Assembly (NCBI RefSeq): GCF_902713615.1
Contig: NC_052152.1
Coordinates: 41,515,810 to 41,579,809 of the forward strand
Reading direction: 5' to 3'
DNA: 64,000 nt
Source: Scyliorhinus canicula
Taxonomy: Eukaryota
Shown here in pieces: positions 62,401 through 64,000 of this stretch. The notes under the pieces are model-generated. The model was not told the DNA's origin. It made no database searches and saw only the letters and a list, made by a program, of their open reading frames with translations. Each line of letters begins with the position of its first letter. The first letter of the stretch is position 1. The translations under genes were made by a program, and so were the position numbers.

Positions 62401-63724
62401 GGTTCCGACAATAGCCAACCAGTCCTAAAAACGACCGGAGGGCCGAAACATTTTGGGGAAGGGGCAATTTGACAATCGAATCAATTCTTTTGAATTCGAT
62501 CTCGCGTTTGCCATGTGTGATGACTGTTCCCAAATACATCACTTTATTTTCCAAAATCTGGGCCTTTCTTGGGTTAACTTTACATCCAATTGAAGTCAAC
62601 AGTTCCAGGAGTTCGGCCAGAAGCGTAATGTGCTCTGCCTTTGTGTCTGTCTGCAGTAGTAGGTCGTCTACATACTGTACCAGACATTCGGGGCGGGAGA
62701 ATTTCTCTAAACCACTTGCCAACTGTCGGTGGAAAATGGAGGGGGAATTGTGGAATCCTTGTGGAAGGCATGTCCACGTATATTGCTGTGATTTGAAAGT
62801 GAAGGCAAATTTGTACTGGCACGCTTTTGCCAATGGTATTGACCAGAATCCGTTACTGATGTCCAATACCGTGAAGTATTTGGAGTTGAGTCCCTGCTTG
62901 AGCATGGTCTCGGGACTAGTAGCTACCGTTGGGGCTACTGCAGGGGTTACTTTGTTGAGTTCCCGATAATCGATGGTCAGACGCCATGATCCATCGGGCT
63001 TCCTCACTGGCCAAATAGGGGCATTATTGGTCGAGGCTACTGTTCTAAGCACACCTTGCTCCAATAAGCTTCCTATCACCTTTTCTATTTCCACCTCTGC
63101 TTCCAGGGGAAATCTATACTGTTTCTGTGGTCGGGGGTCCTGTCCGGTAACGTGAACTGGTCCAGTCATTCTGCCACAGTCATGACGGTGACTGGCAAAT
63201 GCTGTCCTGTGTTTGTTCAGTAGGGCTTTTATTTGTCTGTCGGAGTGGAGTGTAGTCAGGTCAAATGAGTACTCTCCCACTGCGCTAATCCGATTAGCGT
63301 AGTCTCCTACTGTGAGGGTGGCTGGTGCTCTGTCTGATCTAGCCATTCGCCAGACACACTGGTTCACTGGGTCGAACGACAAGCTATGAGCGTTCATAAA
63401 ATCTATCCCCAGGATGTGTTCTGCTGTCCGGGGAAGATTTACTAAAACAACGGGGTGTTTGGTTGAGATGTTCCCTAGCTGGATCGCTACGGGTGCGGTG
63501 ATATGTCCCTGCTGCGAGTGTCCGGTGAACCCGCTAAGTGTAATGGTGGATGTGGTCGGCCACGTGTCTGCGTGTGCCGTGGTCGTAGAGTTAATGGTGG
63601 TGCGGGAGCCTCCTGTGTCCCACAGTAACTCTATGGGCTTCCCTTTTACTCTCGCTGTGACTACGGGTCTCCCTGATGGATCCCATAGTGTGTCACAGAC
63701 CCAAGTGGGGGAGCCCGAACACCG
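59499..63724 (-). pseudogene. pol: Retroviral-type pro-pol (protease, RT, degenerate RNase H tether, RNase H, integrase with GPY/F motif and acidic tail)
   Basis: LLWDTGGS; LDISNGFWS, LPQGFHNSP, YVDD; YVDGSS..AELAA..YSDS..ADALAK; HHCC and D,D35E. Open from 63724 to about 60420, then a 1-nt deletion (about 60418), an extra T (about 60160) and a TAA in GPY (about 60133). Confidence 0.93.
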
Positions 63725-64000
63725 TCAGTTCGTCTCGTCCACATTGGTGGGTCCTGACTGTACTGCTATATTTTGGATGGGTTTTGCCTTACTGCGGTTC
63801 AGAGTGCCTGTCTGCTGGCCTCTCTGAGATCGCTGGGGTGCATTGCATTCTTTTGCCCAACGCCCTAACTGTCCACAGTTATAGCATTCCTGTCCTTTCT
63901 GCTGTGGGCTGCTCTTCCCTTCATTTACCCATGCGGGTTTCTGGTGCTCTCTCACTGCCTGAATATCTGCGGCAGCCTGAGCCTCTTCTGGGGATTGAAC
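63725..64000 (-). CDS. gag: Gag C-terminus (partial) with a zinc knuckle, ending in UGA in frame with pol
   Basis: ECYNCGQLGRWAKEC (CCHC with His replaced by Arg); TGA at 63727-63725, and the same frame continues into the protease. Confidence 0.85.
   Translation of the reverse strand, partial: VQSPEEAQAAADIQAVREHQKPAWVNEGKSSPQQKGQECYNCGQLGRWAKECNAPQRSQRGQQTGTLNRSKAKPIQNIAVQSGPTNVDETN

Larger units (their letters stand above)
56843..64000 (-). mobile_element. Endogenous retrovirus-like element without recognisable env; 5' part runs off the window
   Basis: 3' LTR, PPT, small TM ORF, pol with dual RNase H, gag C-terminus. Confidence 0.92.

Noticed and set aside
60704-63827. Plus-strand ORFs antisense to pol, as a possible antisense gene
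   Set aside because: Short, no motifs, and expected as shadows of a long coding sequence; no promoter evidence.

Overview
Eukaryotic, repeat-dense genomic DNA, very probably from a cartilaginous fish (shark): abundant HE1-like V-SINEs, CR1 LINEs with short-repeat tails, Penelope remnants, Harbinger MITEs and Ty3/Gypsy elements, often nested. The only host coding sequence I can support is the 3' end of a single-pass membrane receptor on + (TM exon 872-961, terminal exon 8254-8633, with five 17-aa repeats and three Tyr motifs). The most interesting object is at the right end (about 56843 to beyond 64000, minus strand): a retrovirus-like element with a spuma-like YVDD RT, a degenerate plus an intact RNase H, and gag and pol in frame across one UGA-CGG stop followed by a GC-rich stem. 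It has no recognisable env; instead it carries an intact 113-aa small transmembrane protein with a polybasic tail, together with candidate splice and internal-promoter signals. Other notable items: a Gypsy element (49030-53560) with a self-complementary PBS and a YLDN RT motif inserted in a two-gene Harbinger transposon, minimal hammerhead ribozyme motifs in Penelope remnants, a hAT MITE with two adjacent ~190-bp palindromes, and a nearly intact CR1 ORF2. No rRNA, true tRNA or CRISPR array was found. All family assignments come from motif recognition by eye, not database searches, and many repeat boundaries are approximate.
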